Translations under genes and position numbers: made by a program
Shown here: positions 37,418-51,052 of the stretch, in pieces
How positions within the stretch are numbered: position 1 is the first letter of the stretch
Layout of the letters: every line of letters begins with the position of its first letter
Notes under the pieces: model-generated
The model's database searches: none
What the model was told of the DNA's origin: nothing
Seen by the model: only the letters and a program-made list of their open reading frames with translations
Assembly (NCBI GenBank): GCA_965113315.1
Contig: OZ220364.1
Source: Podarcis vaucheri
Taxonomy: Eukaryota
Strand: one strand, 5' to 3'
DNA length: 64,000 bases

Positions 37418-38500
37418 CTGTGAGAAGACAGGGATTAAGGGGTTGATGCTAAGGGTAAGTTGGTCAGCCAAAGCAAAACAAATCTTAAAAAAAAGGATTA
37501 GGAAAAGCAACCCAAAAGGAACAGAAAAGAACACAGTTAGAGAGAAGCAGTAGCGGCAGAAAGGCCTCCATTCAGGGAAGGAAGGAAGGAAGGAAGACGA
37601 GTAGGTGGATCACAGCAGCCATCTTAGGAAGCCATTAGCCATGAGGAGGAAAGCAAGACCGGTCTTCTTTTGCTCATGTGCTCAAATCCCACTCAGAAGG
37701 GCCCTGCTATACTCTACCTAGAATGAAAGGCACCTTGCTGTCAGCGGAGGAGCGAGAAATGAAAGCTGCGCTCCAAATGACCCCTCACCAAAGAAAAACC
37801 CACAAAGAAACCCAACACCCTGTGAGGGGAGAGGTGAATCCAAACAGCCAAGCAATGTGCTGCTCAGGCCTCACTGAGCCACCAGCTCAGCTGTGAAGCA
37901 ATACAGTAGGCAGCAACAAAGCACACTTCAATGATTTGCTAATGAGCACTCATTCAGAGAGGAAGGACAATTTACAGAGGACTCTGCTCAAACAACTGTT
38001 TAAGTGGGGGAAATTAGCAGTACAAGGGGATTCATTTGAAGTCATCAGGAAGAAGGCTGGATAATGAGAGGAGCTGCAGGGTGGCGGCAGCAGCTCAGTT
38101 GTTAAGGACAGGGCAACTTAGGCACATTCCCAGCCTAGCTGCCCTTGGTTTGCCCAAGGAACTCTAGAAAAAGAACCTGCTTGACCTTTTCCAGGGCAGG
38201 ACTTGCATAGGCCACTCTCAAACACCATGGGCTCACCTTTAAAACAAGCCCCAAAACTGGGAGGAAGTAAAGCAGTGGTGATGGATGCCCTCAAAGAGCT
38301 CAAAGATGCACCAGTTGGAGGTGGCAGCCCATTCTCTACATTGCAAGGCATCACTTGTTCTGTACAGTGGTCTGAGAGCACCAGCCAGAGTACTTTATTT
38401 ATTTACATTTATATGCCACATTTTTTCTCCTTGGCTAGATGGACTGCCTCTCTGACCTCAGTGAAAGATGTTCCTTATGCTGTTGTTTTTCTTTTCTCTT

Positions 38501-38743
38501 CAGTGTGGTGTAGTGGTTAAGAGAGGTAGTCTCGTAATCTGGTGAATCAGGTTCACTTCCCCGCTCCTCCATATGCAGCTGCTGGGTGACCTTGGGCTAG
38601 TCACACTTTTTTGAAGTCTCTCAGCCTTACTCACCTCACAGAGTGTTTGTTGTGGGGGAGGAAGGGAAAGGGGAATGTTAGTAGCTTTGAGACTCCTTTG
38701 GGTAGTGATAAAGCGGGATATCAAATCCAAAACTCTCTTCTTC
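38501..38743 (+). mobile_element. Squam3-like SINE
   Basis: Closely similar to 3682-3928. Confidence 0.8.
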
Positions 38744-41101
38744 ACTCTTCCTAATTCTAACTGGTAATACACAGGATGTGGTTATGCTGATGGGAACTGC
38801 CATTGTCCTTCCCCTACCAGTCCACAGTCTGACCTAGGAGCCTGCATTATGCTTTCTGTTAAACCACTCATCTTAAACATCCTCTTTGTAAAAAAGAAAA
38901 GAAAAAAGTCACTCTGCCTATTCCATGTGAAACCTCGCATGCAATCTACATAAACCAGGACCTTTTGAAATAGTGTCTGAATCACAAAACTGACACCTGT
39001 GGGAGTAGCATCCTCTCAGGAATCACCTTGAGACTGTAACCTACTGAAGCACTAACTTGCACAAGGCTTGCCCTGCTTTTATATCTTTCCTATTTCTCCA
39101 TGTCACCGTTCTCACTGGTTCAACTGCAAACAAAACCATCTAAAAGAGAACCACTCCATGCACACACAAAGAAAACCCTGGAGAATAAAGGGGCTTGCTT
39201 AGTACTGGTACATCTCTTGTTATGAGGAACAGACCAAGTCAGAATGACAGATCTGCTTGGCCAAAACAGCCAAGTGCTGAATTTATTCGGATGTTCATTT
39301 CAGCAACTTCCCTCCACCTCCTTCGGAGTGGTACAATATGAACTGTGCCTGCACTATTTCTGGTGGTGCCTGGGTGCTTTCATTAAAATGGTCATTATAT
39401 CAGCACCAATTCAGCACCAACCTGGAGCTGACTCATAATAATGTGCATAGATGGTTCCCTCCACCCCCTGCTAGTAGTGCTCACACAGCTGTTCTAATCT
39501 TCACATGATCCAAAATATTACAACTTTGCATAATGTGAAATTTGCTCCTGTCTTTCTTAGACCTAATCCTTTTTAACTTTTAGATGGACAATGAATGTAT
39601 TTGGTAGATTTGAGCCAGGAAAGGGCATAACCAATGCTAAGAAAAAAAACCTGTTTGCTGTTGCAGTACGTAGTCAGTACAGAGCTGAAGCCTTTGGGTT
39701 TCCTATATATAGGCACATGAATGTTTTGCTGGAGAATTACACACACTTTTATAAGATTCCTTTCCTTCCATCCCTCTTAATCCACTCCAGCCTGTTCTTC
39801 ACAAATGAGAAAGCTTGCACAAAGAGGTCAGGTCCACCCACTCCTTTAAGTGTGTCCTCTACTCCTGCTGTTCATTCAATCCCCTTGTGAGGTCAGTGAC
39901 CCATTTTTCATCAAGATGATTACATCACCAATTGAGGATTAGAAGATGGAGGAGAAAGATGGAGGAAAAACAACCAACAGCAGAGGATGCTAAAATTCAG
40001 GTATCGTTCCACTAGCATGTAAAAAGAGGAAGGAAGAGGAAGCACCATACAGAAAATCGAGGCCACAAGCACAATGGTCTCAGAGAGACAGGAGTCAGAT
40101 TACAGCCCTGTGCCAAACTGCACCAGCAGTCTCCACAGCAAAGGCCAGGACTTCTAACAACAATCTCATTTCTACAGAGGACTCATTTAATTTACCCTGC
40201 ACCTTTGCACAGAGTGAATTTAACTAACCCTCTCATTCCCACAGCAATATGCATAGGTAGTAACAAAATCAAGGACCGAAAGAGAAATTTAATAGTTCTG
40301 TAAAGGAAGCACAATCACTCTCCCTTAGTGCTGTTTCTTATTCACCGAAAGAGTGAGGAAATTACCGGGAGAAAATCCAAGCCATAGTGGAAATCAGAAA
40401 CAACAGTCACAAGGGACCTGGGCAACTCTTCTCTACAGAAATCATTTGCTCATGCTATAGAAAAGTGTGAAAAGGGGATGATCAGGAACAGCTGTTCTTT
40501 ACTATCAAAAAACAAACCATTGCCCATTACCCAGGGTAGGCTGTATTTGTAAATCAATGCTTCATGGGTATATTTTTTATGTCAACATGTTGGTTTGTTC
40601 TGCTCTCATTACTCTTACACGTTTTATTTTTTTATGATGCCTGAATGTTGTTTAAAAGGAGTTGTTACGTGGGCAGGTTTTTCTTGTCTTCTCATCTTCT
40701 GAACTGCAGCCACAGACAACAGCAGTGGCAGACACTTCAAAGGAAGAGCCAAAGATACAATTGGATTTGACTGCACACACCAGCCTCTGCTGGAGTCCAA
40801 GGGTTAAGGCAACATTTGCTTGTACACATTTTATTGAACTGAATCAATGAAATGCCACTTCTCTTCAGCCTCAAACTTTTTTTTGTAGTGACTCAAAACA
40901 ATAAAAATGAATTATTTTAAGATAAGAGATGATAGCTAAACAGAGTATATTTTTAGCCAAAAACAGTCACTATCATTCAGAATTTATAACAAAGGGCTTA
41001 TAGGGTGTTAACATCAGAAGTGAGGATATCAGAGTACAGCAACACATATCAAGTTGTGTCCATGTGATAGCAGGTTCTCGCCTTACCTTAAACCTTTTAA
41101 A

Positions 41102-41238
41102 GCAGGATTAGGGAACCTATGACCCTGCAAACATTGCCACACTACAACTCCCATCATCCCTGAACCATTGGTCATGCTGGCAGGGGCTGATGGGAGTTGA
41201 AGTTCAACATTAACTGGAAGGCCACAAGTTCTTCACCT
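41102..41238. mobile_element. Small palindromic non-autonomous DNA transposon remnant
   Basis: Internal inverted repeat caactcccatcatccctg ... caggggctgatgggagttg. Confidence 0.6.
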
Positions 41239-41653
41239 ACTTCAAAGGAATTACACGGGTTAGAAAACTACATTTCCAGTTTAACATATTGATTGTTGAG
41301 AGAAGCAATGTATTGGCTATCAGACTACGAGTGTCTCAGACGAATATTTTCAAAATTTAGTTATGGAGTTTGCTTGTCTATTTTTGTGAAGCAAAATGTA
41401 ACACAGGATTTATCCCACTTTCTTTGGACTTCAAAGCCAGCTCTCAAATATTATTGCCAGCGTTGGACGCAGTATCATTAATATCAGCCTCCAGCGAACT
41501 GGTGCCCTCTACATGTTTTGCACTACAGTTCCAATCACCCCTAAACCTTGGCCACATTGATTGGGGATGATTGGGTTGGCTGCTTTATATGTATTCCATT
41601 TAAATTAGCCTTTTTGCTTAGTGCATTTGTACTTGAAGTATTTGCTAATGTAA

Positions 41654-41697
<44 letters not shown>
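41654..41697. repeat. (GT)n(GA)n compound microsatellite
   Basis: Direct read. Confidence 0.98.
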
Positions 41698-41962
41698 CAA
41701 ACCTTACAAGTATGCTAAAGTTAAGATAATTTCTTTCTAGATTTTCTGATTGCAAATTCTGGATAAATTCATTGGTTTTGGTGGGGATAAGCAATAAAAA
41801 TAACAGAAAAATGGGAGAAGAGCATGTAGTGGCGCATAAGGAAGTCTAACAAAGTTCTAATTTTTCCTACGATGATTAATTCAGTGCTTGTTTTGAAATA
41901 CACGCACACACAACCCTCTGCCTACTGGGTAATCCAGCACTGGCTATGCTGATTCTCAAATA

Positions 41963-42188
41963 CAGTGATACCTCGGGTTACATACACTTCAGGTTACAGA
42001 CTCCGCTAACCCAGAAATGGTACCTCGGGTTCAGAACTTTGCTTCAGGATGAGAACAGAAATCGTGCTCCGGCAGCACGGCAGCAGCAGGAGGCCCCATT
42101 AGCTAAAGTGGTGCTTCAGGTTAAGAACAGTTTCAGGTTAAGAACGGACCTCTGGAACGAATTAAGTACTTGACCCGAGGTACCACTA
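41963..42188. mobile_element. Tigger-like MITE family A
   Basis: TIRs, TA TSD. Confidence 0.85.
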
Positions 42189-42231
42189 TATGTGCTTTCA
42201 AGATGATTTAGGGTGAGATGTGTGTTTAATG

Positions 42232-42840
42232 GGATGGAATAGAAAGGACTGACAAAATCCGGGACCAGGAGGAAGAGACGTTGGATGAAGATTGGAAGAA
42301 AGTTTTAATTTTTTTTTATTTAGGATTGTTTTGTAAAATTAATGAGTATTAGAAAAATGTTGGAACGAAATTATTTGGCTTTAGCAGAAATGTTAAAAAG
42401 AACTATGCAAGAATATGTTATGGTTATGAGAAATTGGTATAAATAAGATTTAAGTTTTAAGTTTTAGGGTTTTTTATAGTAAGATAAGGTTAAAATAGAT
42501 TAAGGTAATTTAATGACATAATATTATGAAAAATGGGAAGGATTTGCTGTGATAATTAATAACTAGAATACAAAAAAGGGAGGTGTGAGGAGGTTGATGA
42601 AATAAGGTAAAGAATTTGAGAATATTGGATCTGTTTTTAAATTTTTGTGGTTTACTTTTGTTTTTTGATTTTGATGTGTTATGTGTTTTGGTTTTGCTTT
42701 TTGCTTTTTATTTTTATCGATTTGTATTGTTTGATTGCTGTTTGTTTTTCCTTGTTTTTTTTTTCTTCTTTGTCTTTTTGTTTTTTCTGTAATTTTAAAA
42801 TGCTTAATAAATATCATTTAAAAAGAAAAAAGAAAAAAAA
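42232..42840 (+). mobile_element. 5'-truncated L1-clade LINE 3' end with poly(A)
   Basis: ORF2 C-terminal remnant (KIRDQEEETLDEDWKK), T-rich 3'UTR, AATAAA at 42806-42811, A tail, perfect 17-bp TSD gagatgtgtgtttaatg (42215-42231 / 42841-42857). Confidence 0.85.
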
Positions 42841-44366
42841 GAGATGTGTGTTTAATGAACATCACGTAAGCTTTAAAGCTTGGTAAAGGGACTGTGAAGA
42901 CAAGACCTGGAGAGATCAACAAGATTTGACTTTGGTACTCTACTCTTCACCCAAAGCAGCAGAGGGAGTTCAAGAACTGCAAGATAAGCATCTCTTAGCT
43001 GCTTTTATTGACAATATTCCTGTAAATGGCAGGATTTCACTCACAGCAATGTTTATAGCAAACATCTAACTGCCCATACTTTATGATCGGTTCTGTGCAC
43101 ATGTAATGGTGCGCTACAGAAGCTCGGGTTTGCAGCAGCTGCACCTCAAATTTCAGGCTACCTGGCCGAAAAGGAAGAGGAACAGAATCACCATAATATT
43201 CTTTTCATGGAAAGAACCAGAGGAAGGTCTGTCAAAGTTTTACGATCTGAGTGAGACATCGTCTGTGAATTCCAATGAATAGCTAGAAGGCACATTATAC
43301 AGGAAAAGCAGGGCAATGTGAGGGAGGAAGAGGACATTAAAGGAAAACATGTAGGCAGCGCTACTGAAATGTAAAACCCTTAATGTTCAAAGGGCAGAGA
43401 TTTTTATTTTGACGTATCAAACCACTATCACTTACTGGCTATGCCAGCACAAATATTTTAAATGGAATGCAAAGTGCTAGTTTAGCAACAGGAAGTTTTC
43501 AAATAAGCGGTTGTCAGGCTTCAGTGCTGAGATGCACAGGTTCAGAAATGAGAACTGTCAGAGCATTAATGACTCCTCGTGTCTTGGAAGCAGAGCAAGT
43601 ATCCTTCATTATCACATCCGGCATAGTGGGGTTTTTTTTGGTCACCTAACACTGCACCTCAGTCTCTCAGCCGGGCTTGTTAAGTGATGGGTTTCTTGTT
43701 GACACCTAACCCTGCCTGGATTCTCAACATGTTCGGGACACTCAAACTACTTGCACTACCATCCTGTAAATGTGACATTTCACTTGACCTTCCATCCTCC
43801 CTCCACAATGAACAGCAGGAAATACTGCAAGCGGTGTGCCCAAGTCAAGGCAGGCTGAGCAAGGTAATATGGGAAGCATGCAGAGCTGGGGCAAAAGGGA
43901 ACAAGCAAACCAAAAAAAGGATAGTGGCAAGAGGTGAGTTTTTGGGGTAAAACCCCAAAGTGAGAGGAGAAAACCAGCTGCAATAATGAGTCCAAGGAAG
44001 GGCAGTGCTTAGAAAAGCCTCACACAACAATTCTCTATCTAGAAGCAAAAAAGTTAGATCTGACCTCCAGTGATGAAACTCCAGCGCAGTCCAGGAAGGG
44101 AACTCACCTGTACTCCTCTGTTCAGCACTATGAAAAAGATTGCATCTATTCCCCATCTGGCATCTCTGCTTAATCTTACATTTATTTTTTGTTTTTAAAG
44201 TATCGCGGGGCAGAAATTTCTCACCGGCTCCATCAAGACCAAAACATTGTTAACAAGGTATTACTGTAGACAGCGAAGACCACTCCATGTTACCTAACCC
44301 TGTTCCAAATGATGGCAAACTACTTTTGCCCCTTCAAATCCAGATAGAATGCTAGGTCATACCTAC

Positions 44367-44471
44367 CGCGTGTTGTTGGTAGCATGTCTGACAAGCCCTG
44401 CCAGGCCGTTACCATCTCTGGATTCTTCTCCAAGTCAGCAAAGTTTTTCCACACCCTTATAGCACCATCAT
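44367..44471 (-). CDS. RPTOR: RPTOR coding exon (~exon 28), (D)DGAIRVWKNFADLEKNPEMVTAWQGLSDMLPTTR(G)
   Basis: 105 bp; ttcaag acceptor, gtaggt donor; visible in ORF 44320..44559. Confidence 0.97.
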
Positions 44472-47315
44472 CTTGAAGGAATGACAGAAAGAAAACTATA
44501 AGGCAATTCAGCTCAGAAGGGTAAGCTGGGCTTACCCAGTACCGTAAATTAATCACCATTACTGATTTGGCTCCAGCAGAAAATTCATGCTGCTTCAGAC
44601 AGATTCCACTAAACCATGGTTCTCCAAACAGGAAGCAGGCATCCTTATGGAGAGATCAATTGTTACTATGGAAAGCTTGATCTGACACTTTCTAATCATA
44701 TTGTTGAGTCCGTTTGCCTCTTAAGTAAGGGAGTAATATGCCAAGCTCCACTATCCTCTGCCACATTCAGAGTGACAGGCAGCAACCTAGCTTGACAGCA
44801 ATATAGATTATGTATTTCCAGACGGCCTTACTGGTAATTAAGTCAGCCATTTTGGAAGGAATTTTGCTTCCTGCGGTCCTAGTATTATCCCAATTTTGAT
44901 TTTGAATTGGATGATCACTGGGTGCAAATAGCATCTTACTGTGTACTCTATGCTGTCCATGAATGTAACAGTTCTGCAGCATCCGCACAAAATTGCTCTC
45001 ATCAAAATGCCACCCCACATTTCCCCCCATTTAATCTGGATTTACCTGTTCTGTGGAAATTCTGATAGGTTAAAAAAAGGAGGGGGGAAACAATCAATCT
45101 GGATTAAATGGGGGAAAATAATATGGGGTTGCATTTTGATGAGGATGAGACTGCAGGAGTAACACAGAGTTTCCAATAAACTGCCATGTGGAAACACCCA
45201 CTGAGGGTTATAGTACAAGAAGAGATGGGGACTGGATCTCCCATTGGTGTAACAGTAGCCACTAAAGGAAGGGGAAAGGATCTGATCTAGGTTGCGTTGC
45301 AGCATTAAGGTCAAATTCTGATAGGTTAAAGTTTTATCCATGCAACACTTTCCTAAGAAATATTCTCCCAAACCATTATTTGCCCTATAGGCAAAACATA
45401 TAGGTACCATACAGGAAGCTCTTTTTGATTTTAAATTAGAGGCACACATTATGAAAAAAACTGGAGAACATGTAATATAAAGATTCTGTTGGCTTTCTAT
45501 TTTATTCTTTTCCTCGAAGTGTTCTTTTAGTGTGTTTTCGCCTGAAAATGAGCAAGGATCTTATGAATGATTCTAGCCTGGCATGGCAATCTTTAAGACC
45601 AGTCTGCTTGCAGCACCTTATTTCTCCAAACCTTCATCTTATTTGTTGCTCCCTCTTGTCATTCAGCAAACATTTCCCCCCACTGTTTATGGGAGCAATG
45701 CTTTAGCTGTCTCATAGTCCGTGGCCCAATTTTCCTTATTAAGTCAAACACTACAGCAATAAAAAAATCCAGTTGTTTAAGGAAACAGGGAAAACAGCAC
45801 TTTATGCTGCTGCTGCTGCTACAACAACAGTATATAGCAGCACATGTTTTATTAGTTTATATACTTGAGACTAGACAGGAACATTGAAGATGCTCTAATC
45901 TAAAAATAGTACAGTGCTGACTCCCCACCATCCCCATATCTATCTGTAGAGGGACTACTGAAATGGAGGTATTATAGGAAAACATTTCAGCTTCCACTTT
46001 CTTCACCTGCTCTCATATAAATCAAGGGTGCTATAGTCAAGGTGGTAAGACGACTACAGCACCCTTTGACCGACATGAGAGTCAAAGGGAGCCACAGAAG
46101 GCAGAAGCCAAAACATTTTGCCTTAATATATCTGTTTCAGTAGTCACTGTAAGTGCTGTTTGATGCTTTTTTGTGTGTTTTTTTAAATCTCTGTCTTTCT
46201 AAATTGGTGATAGCAGCAGTATTCAAACATGGTTAATGAAAATAGACTCAGTAGTTTAGCTTCTTCCTGCTTGTTATGGACAAAGCTTTATTCATTAACT
46301 GTATCATAAACTTAGATAGGGCTGGAATAAATACAGATTATTATCTATAAAGGTTTTGTGATTACCTTGGCTATAGACTCAAAGCAAGAAGGCTAAAACT
46401 GAAAACATTTGTAGTATGCACAATAATTTCCAAATGAATTCCACATACCAAACCCTCAAATGTATTGTTTATTGGGGGGGGGGGAGAAGAGAGAATCGGG
46501 CCACACTTTGCTGAGGTGGATGTTTCTCTGAATGGATGCACAGTTTTTCATTTGCATACGCATACACACATGATTCCCACTGCAGTTCATGGGAGCCTGG
46601 AGTCTTGCTTATGCACTCAACATTAGTGTTGTTCACTAGCACAACAATGATATGCTTAGGAAAAATATGCTGGGCAATAGACTGCACAAAATAATGCTGC
46701 TTTTGGAAGGGATTGTCACATAGCACAATATTCCTGAAGACACACCCTGCAAGAATAATGGTCTCTGGAGAAGCTTACTTTATCTGTTAACCCGGCCTGA
46801 AGTCCTATGGAGCAGAGGATTACTCTGGAGTTGTGACGGCCAAAGAAAGTGCACAGGGGTTAAAACTGATGGTTAGGATTCCTGATATCAGGATGAGAAA
46901 AACTGGTATGAGGGAACAGGCTAGTGCTAGACTGTCCTGATTCCCAAAGCATTTTCTGAACTTGGGGTGAAATGAAGGTGAGGGCAACAGACATGGTAAG
47001 AGATAGCTCACAGGAAGATTCTCAAACAGAGAAGCTCCAGTGTGCTTGAAGAGTTTTGTGAGTGACTCAATAAGTTTGTTGGCAGGGTGCACTGAAGACA
47101 GTGCAAAATAAAAGGCTACGGAAGTTTTCACTCTTGGTTCAAAAAAATACAACCTTTATTAAAAGGTGGTCCCTTTACTAAAACAGATTAATAAAATAAG
47201 GAAGCATGTATAACAATACACCTCTGTGTGACTGAAATGCAAGATGAGGTCCATAGACTGGGCAAAAAACACTTTCTTAGCCCTCCCTTAAAAATATATA
47301 TCAGGCTATACCCAC

Positions 47316-47440
47316 CTGTAGCAGTCAGGAGCAGAGAACAGTCTTGTCCATTCAGATATTCCATGGCAGTGATCCTTGTGTAGCGTGGGTTCCCATTGTG
47401 AAAATAGTCCAGCTTTTCTCCCTTTTCCCAATCCCAAAAA
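47316..47440 (-). CDS. RPTOR: RPTOR coding exon (~exon 27), (C)FWDWEKGEKLDYFHNGNPRYTRITAMEYLNGQDCSLLLTAT(D)
   Basis: 125 bp; ttccag acceptor, gtgggt donor; frame continuous with both neighbours. Confidence 0.97.
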
Positions 47441-47779
47441 CTGGAAAAGGCGGGGGGGGGGGGAACAAATAGGTAAGTTGGATTCAGGTTCCAAGTGGAT
47501 TTAAGTTCCCAGGATTAAAAAAAATGTTATTCTATACACTGGCTCCAAATCAAATGTATTCCTCCAGCCCACCCACCCCATTTTGAGTATTTAACAACTT
47601 TTGATTAATGTCTCTTCATTACACCTCCGGCTTCCGCAGAGAAAATAATAAGGCTGAAATTCTATTAGCAGGGTCTGTAACAAATCCAGGCACAACAAGA
47701 CGACTGCATGTATGAGGCTTTTGCTTAGCAGCAAGAACAGGGCACCAGCTCAAGGGTGTTTAAAATGCCAGTGCCTTAC

Positions 47780-47894
47780 CAGATGCTGTCCTTGTCAGCC
47801 ACCGCTATACATGGGGTGAATGGGTGAAACTTGACCACTGACGGCATGCCAGGGTTCCTGTTCAGGAAGATTTGATCATCTAGTCGTGAAATAC
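47780..47894 (-). CDS. RPTOR: RPTOR coding exon (~exon 26), (G)ISRLDDQIFLNRNPGMPSVVKFHPFTPCIAVADKDSI(C)
   Basis: 115 bp; ccctag acceptor, gtaagg donor; start of the WD40 region; visible in ORF 47776..48030. Confidence 0.97.
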
Positions 47895-48034
47895 CTAGGG
47901 GGGAAAGAAAGAGAAAAACAACATGAATAGTGGTATCAGGACCTCTCACAATGCCAGCCACCCTGAGCCCTAAGACTGGCAGGGGAGGTCCTATCAGTGG
48001 GACTGCCAATATATGCTGCCTGATTGGCATTAAG

Positions 48035-48355
48035 CCATGAGAAGGCCTTCTCCTGCTAGTGGTTTTCTCTTTGTGGAATGCCCTCCCTTGGGAGGAGCAT
48101 CTCCCTCATTAGTAACTTTCAGTAAGGACTTAAAAACACTCCTGTTTACCCAACTACCTGATTGCTGAAAGACTGTTCATGGCAACTTTGAAATTATTAA
48201 GCTGTGAGGATATGTGATTGTTTTAAGTTTTAAAATATTTTAAATTGCTTATAAATATGTTTTATTTTTATTGTATTGTTTTAGGACTTTGGTGTGTTTT
48301 TTGTTTGCTCTGGGTTCCTTTGGGAGGAAGAGCGGGGTAGAAATGTAATAAATAT
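48035..48355 (+). mobile_element. L2-clade LINE 3' end
   Basis: gccttctc...tgtggaatgccctccc...ttaaaaacactcctgttt, T-rich UTR, gagcggggtagaaatgtaataaata tail. Confidence 0.6.
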
Positions 48356-50142
48356 TCATAATCATAAAAAATAAATTCTGATACTCAAGACTACATTGAA
48401 TGTACATAATTTAGTATTCTACAAAGGAGGTTCTTGAAATATGCTATGCTTGGTCTCCTCAAATTAAAGGAGGGAACCCACCCTGTTTCTGTCCAGGCTA
48501 TCTTTATTTGTCCTCGGTCCACACAGAAAATGAAAACATCACTCAGCAAGTGCCCAACTGTTGTACTTGATTCCCTCCTGCATTACATGTCTATTTTCTG
48601 TGTGAGAGCACAGGGGAAGACTGCCAAGTTGTCTTCACTGTTTGATAGCCTCTCCTGACATTGCATTGCATTCCTGACAAATTGGAGATCTCACAAATCT
48701 TTTCAGATTTTGATAGCAGCACTCTAAGGAGGTTAAGACGAGAACAGATTGGATTAAGCAGGCAAAATGTTTGTGCCTCGTTAAATACTTATTGCACTAT
48801 GCCAATAAAGGCTGAATGGGCAGGTGAAAAAAGAGATACCTTTACAATATAATGTGCAACTACGAAAAGAGCCGAAGTTTCATACTTAAATAGGGCTCAA
48901 AGCCCCCAAATATTAATGGCAATTTCACACAAGAACATCATTTTCTGGAGTTCCAGTGTAAAGCAAATCTGACTATATTCTTGTGACAAAATGTTTTTTG
49001 CAGGTAAGTGGAGGCAGATTTCCAAAATGGACAGCATCAAAAAAATTCTCCAGTGTTTCCACCACTGCTAAGAGTATGCAAAATAAAATTCTGAAACTGG
49101 CATACTTAACTGTTTGCAGAGTTGTATGCATTGTTCCTTTAAAATAAAAATGTAAGGCTCTCTTCTCTGCTGACTCAAGCCTACTAGGTCTCAAAGGACT
49201 GAGCTATATGTGAGAGACAGACCATCTCTCTCGACAGATTAATATTTCACACTAATCTTTCCCCAGCTGACATCTGTAGACGGAAAGTCCCCCCAAATTT
49301 TCTCATCCCTGGTGAGAGCAATCTTGAGTCACGCTGAAAATGGCAGTATAGGTGAACAGCACAAATTTACTCTTATTCACTGGCCAACCAAGCTGCAGAA
49401 AGAGTAGAAATGTCAATTCTAACCACAGCTATGCAAAATTAAGGGGCCACTTCAGCAAGATACAGGGAATTCAAATATCCTCTGTCATTAAACAATAAAG
49501 CCCACAGCCTGACTGCTGCCTCGTAAATGAATAAAGAGTTATAAATAAGCAAGATGCGCTTTCAGTACAGTACTGAATATATATGCTGATGAAACGTGAG
49601 TCCAATGTATATGAAGGGAAAGAAGCTGTAAGTGTAAAACAGGCCACACATAAAAAAGCATTGCAGAAACATGACAGGATATGAATAAACAATCATTTAT
49701 GGGGCCCCATAAAACCAAAGGATACAGAAACCCTTTAGGTGCCTTGTGAATGTGAAGGGGATACAGCAGGCTCTTGCAGATCACAAGCTAATTTGCTGAA
49801 AACCCCAGCAGTATTAGACACCTATCAAACTCTGACTCTGCTCTTTGGAGAAGGTGAAAATGCTGGCATTTCGCCTGCAACACCATCTCTTGTAAACAAG
49901 CTGCCGCATCCATCTAAACTTTACCGGATGGAAGAAAAGCCTGGCTATGTTCAGCAGCATATGTTCAACGTCTTTGAGCAATTCATTTTATCTCGAATAT
50001 TTTGCTTTTGGTGGGGCATGCCATTTTGATCAGCATAACTGTCCAGAAGCTCTGCTACTAGCATTCAGTGTTAGCAAGCTTCCTCGGTAGGCACATGTTT
50101 CACATACGCACCCCCCCACCCCCCACCCCAGAATCCCACCTT

Positions 50143-50440
50143 TAAGGTAAAGGTAAAGGGACCCCTGACCATTAGGTCCAGTCGTGGCCGACTCTGGGGC
50201 TGTGGTGCTCATCTTGCTTTATTGGCTGATGGAGCCAGGATACAGCTTCCGGGTCATGTGGCCAGCATGACTAAGCCACTTCTGGCGAACCAGAGCAGCA
50301 CACAGAAACGCCGTTTACCTTCCCGTTGGAGTGGTACCTATTTATCTACTTGCACTTTGATGTGCTTTTGAACTGCTAGGTTGGCAGGAGCAGAGACCGA
50401 GCAAATGGGTGCTCACCCTGTCGTGGGGATTCGAACTGCC
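50143..50440 (-). mobile_element. Sauria SINE, 5'-truncated
   Basis: (ACCTTT)n tail and body match the other copies; ends at the B-box. Confidence 0.88.
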
Positions 50441-50989
50441 TATAGACAGCGGCGATAGAATTACATGGGCAGATTTAGCTAGTTACTTAAGTTTACACAC
50501 AGATCTTAATATGGGATAATGATTACTGAGCACAATCAAAATATGCACATGCTTTGAATGTCAGCGGGGAATAGCTCAGCTACAATATGCACATTTCCTG
50601 GGTTAGGGAGAATTAGCTAATTAATTCTAACCACTACTAAACTATTGCACCCACGCAACATACGTGTGAAAAGGAGCATGTACACAGGACGCAAGAGGAG
50701 ATGGGGTTGGAGGGCAAGTGTCCTGCATTAGTCTCACATTAGTCTTCTCCCTCTGTGTCTGTCTGTCTGTCTGTCACTCTCTCTCAGCTCACATTAAAAA
50801 CCAGACCTCAGTGATGCAAAGTGGAATGAATGTAGTGAAAAGCTGACTTAGGCAAGGACTAAAATACCTATTTAAAACACAGGCACACAAGGATAGGAAG
50901 AAGGGGCTACAATTTGCAGGGAAAGAACTTGCCACCCCAGGAAAACAATATAATTGGGGCACACTGAAACTCCTGGGTTAGTCAGGAAA

Positions 50990-51052
50990 CAGTCAGGAGC
51001 AGAGAACAGCCTTGTTCATTCAGATATTCCATGGCAGTGATCCTTGTGTAGC
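50990..51052 (-). repeat. 63-bp intronic duplicate of part of RPTOR exon 27 (source 47322-47384)
   Basis: 61/63 identical by direct comparison, same orientation as the source. Confidence 0.95.

Noticed and set aside
50990-51052. Exon-27 copy as a mutually exclusive exon or processed pseudogene
   Set aside because: Lacks both native splice sites, lies in the wrong intron, and has no exon junction or poly(A)
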